From NCBI RefSeq assembly GCF_964355755.1, contig NC_092671.1, positions 18,538,001-18,602,000 of the forward strand: a stretch of 64,000 nt of DNA, written 5' to 3'. Below, one piece after another: positions 62,346 through 64,000 of the stretch. Both the position numbers and the translations under genes were made by a program. The number at the start of each line of letters is the position of its first letter. Positions within the stretch are counted from its first letter, which is position 1. Source of the DNA: Antedon mediterranea (Eukaryota; Animalia; Echinodermata). The notes beneath the pieces were generated by a model, which saw nothing but the letters and a program-made list of their open reading frames with translations, was not told the origin of the DNA and ran no database searches.

Positions 62346-64000
62346 ATATTACAAACATATCGTGTTTATTCCAAACTTGATAGAGTAACTGATTGACAAC
62401 TTACTAAATAATACAATACCCCACATAGAAAAGTTGATTCAAACAAAATGCAATATTATGTTTTGATATGGATATTAAAGAAAAGTAGGCATATATTCTT
62501 CTTTAGATTGTTTCTAAATATTTTTGAACATTAATTAGGACATCTAACTTTATATATTAAGAGAATGTCTGTACACTTATCGTTTGAATGCAGCTATTGA
62601 AATGGAATGATTGATTTAATGATGGTCATCCTAATTATGGTTCCATTTAAAATAAATGGCGCCCCCATTCAAGAAACTGAATGTAATCAAAGATCTTATA
62701 AAATTAATGAAAATACAAAATCTACAATTTACAAGGAACCAATTATTGGTATTAAAAGATAAATATTGAAATATGTACTTGGCTATTTTTCTAAACGGAA
62801 AAATGCAACCATACCACCATACATCATAAATGCAAAATAAAGAAAAACGATTAAGTTCATTCCACTGATAATACGTTTAATTGCATTTTCATTTCAACAG
62901 CCTAACATTAAATTTATTTAAAAACATTTGTCAAGATAGATATTGGGAATACACCTCCATTTTTTCGCAATATAAGAGAAGCTAATAACGAATTGACAAA
63001 TGGTCAAACAATAAACGGTCTCAGAAAACGATGTTATAACGTTCATGATCTGTAATGTTCGCTGATATTATAAAAACTAAAAAGTAGGCATAGGTTAAGT
63101 TTAATTCGTAGTAAGATATATGTGTGTATTATATTATATACTCCAAAGTAACTAAATTCTACAGAGGCTTCAAATTTAATTTATGTAAAAATAAAAATTG
63201 TACATGAATGTTAATGAACTATTTGGGCTTATAAACTTATGTTATGTTATGTTCTAAATTACCGAACGTAAAACAAAAAATGATGAGATACAAAAATGTG
63301 GATAAAGAAAGAAATAATGCGCAAGACATAAAATTAAAATAATACATTATTATGTAAGCAGTGTATAAATTGTTGAACAAAGTATTAATATAGTTCATAT
63401 GTTATATATTATTTGTCTTGTTAAATAAATTTGTAAGGCCCTATACTGTTATTCTTTAAGGAAAGTTGATATACCCTATTATTTTATGCCAATTAATAGT
63501 ATTAATATTGTTTAAGTAAATATTTTGTCTAATTGCCTTGATTTTGTGTATAGGCCAATGGCATCAAATTTGTCTCAAAGCAAATTAAAGACACTTTTAG
63601 ACACATGATTCATTGATTTCTGATATAATATTCTGTACTTGTGTATGCATTACTAAAATAGTTATATTATGTTTCATTTATAATGTATGTAAACATTTAT
63701 TCATTTTTTTAAAACAAATCGGTGCACTTTTTCTGTTGTTTTTGTTTAATTAATTTTAATTAAAATTATGACAACAATTCCTATCTAACCTAGATTCACA
63801 CAAAAACAATTACTTCCTAATAAAATTGTATAATGGTATACATTACAGAGCATTGAATAAACTCGAGCGGAATATTAACGCACATAAAAAAACATTCATT
63901 TTCTTGTCGAAAAGTGCCCTCTCTAGTTTTCTATTGATTTAATAATTATTAATAATTAATTAATGGGTAATATTAAAATATTTTTAACTTTTAATGTTAG

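Overview
AT-rich, repeat-dense eukaryotic DNA with GT-AG introns, probably from a marine invertebrate (inferred from the repeat types; the species cannot be determined). I reconstructed three spliced genes by hand. (1) A histamine N-methyltransferase-like gene (+, 8024-9292, 3 coding exons, 288 aa) with a correctly spaced TATA/Inr. (2) An orphan single-pass membrane protein gene (+, 21843-24915, 4 exons, 514 aa). Its frame stays open for 43 codons past the TAG and ends in an ITIM-consensus motif. (3) A uridine phosphorylase gene (-, 54654-45283, 6 coding exons, 301 aa). The rest is mostly transposon sequence: an RTE-type LINE split by a Helentron/DINE-like insert and a younger CR1/L2-group LINE, an L1/Tx1-type 3' fragment with a 14-bp TSD, two ~2.8-kb long-TIR elements with TAGTCCAGT termini and 3-bp TSDs, tandem Helentron-like units, Helitron-like ends with a GCGAAGC mini-hairpin, Kolobok-, Mutator- and Tc1-like MITEs, a 40-bp minisatellite, and a 183-bp satellite with higher-order periodicity. 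There is no CRISPR array, rRNA, intact tRNA or prokaryotic system. All family assignments rest on motif recognition, not database searches.
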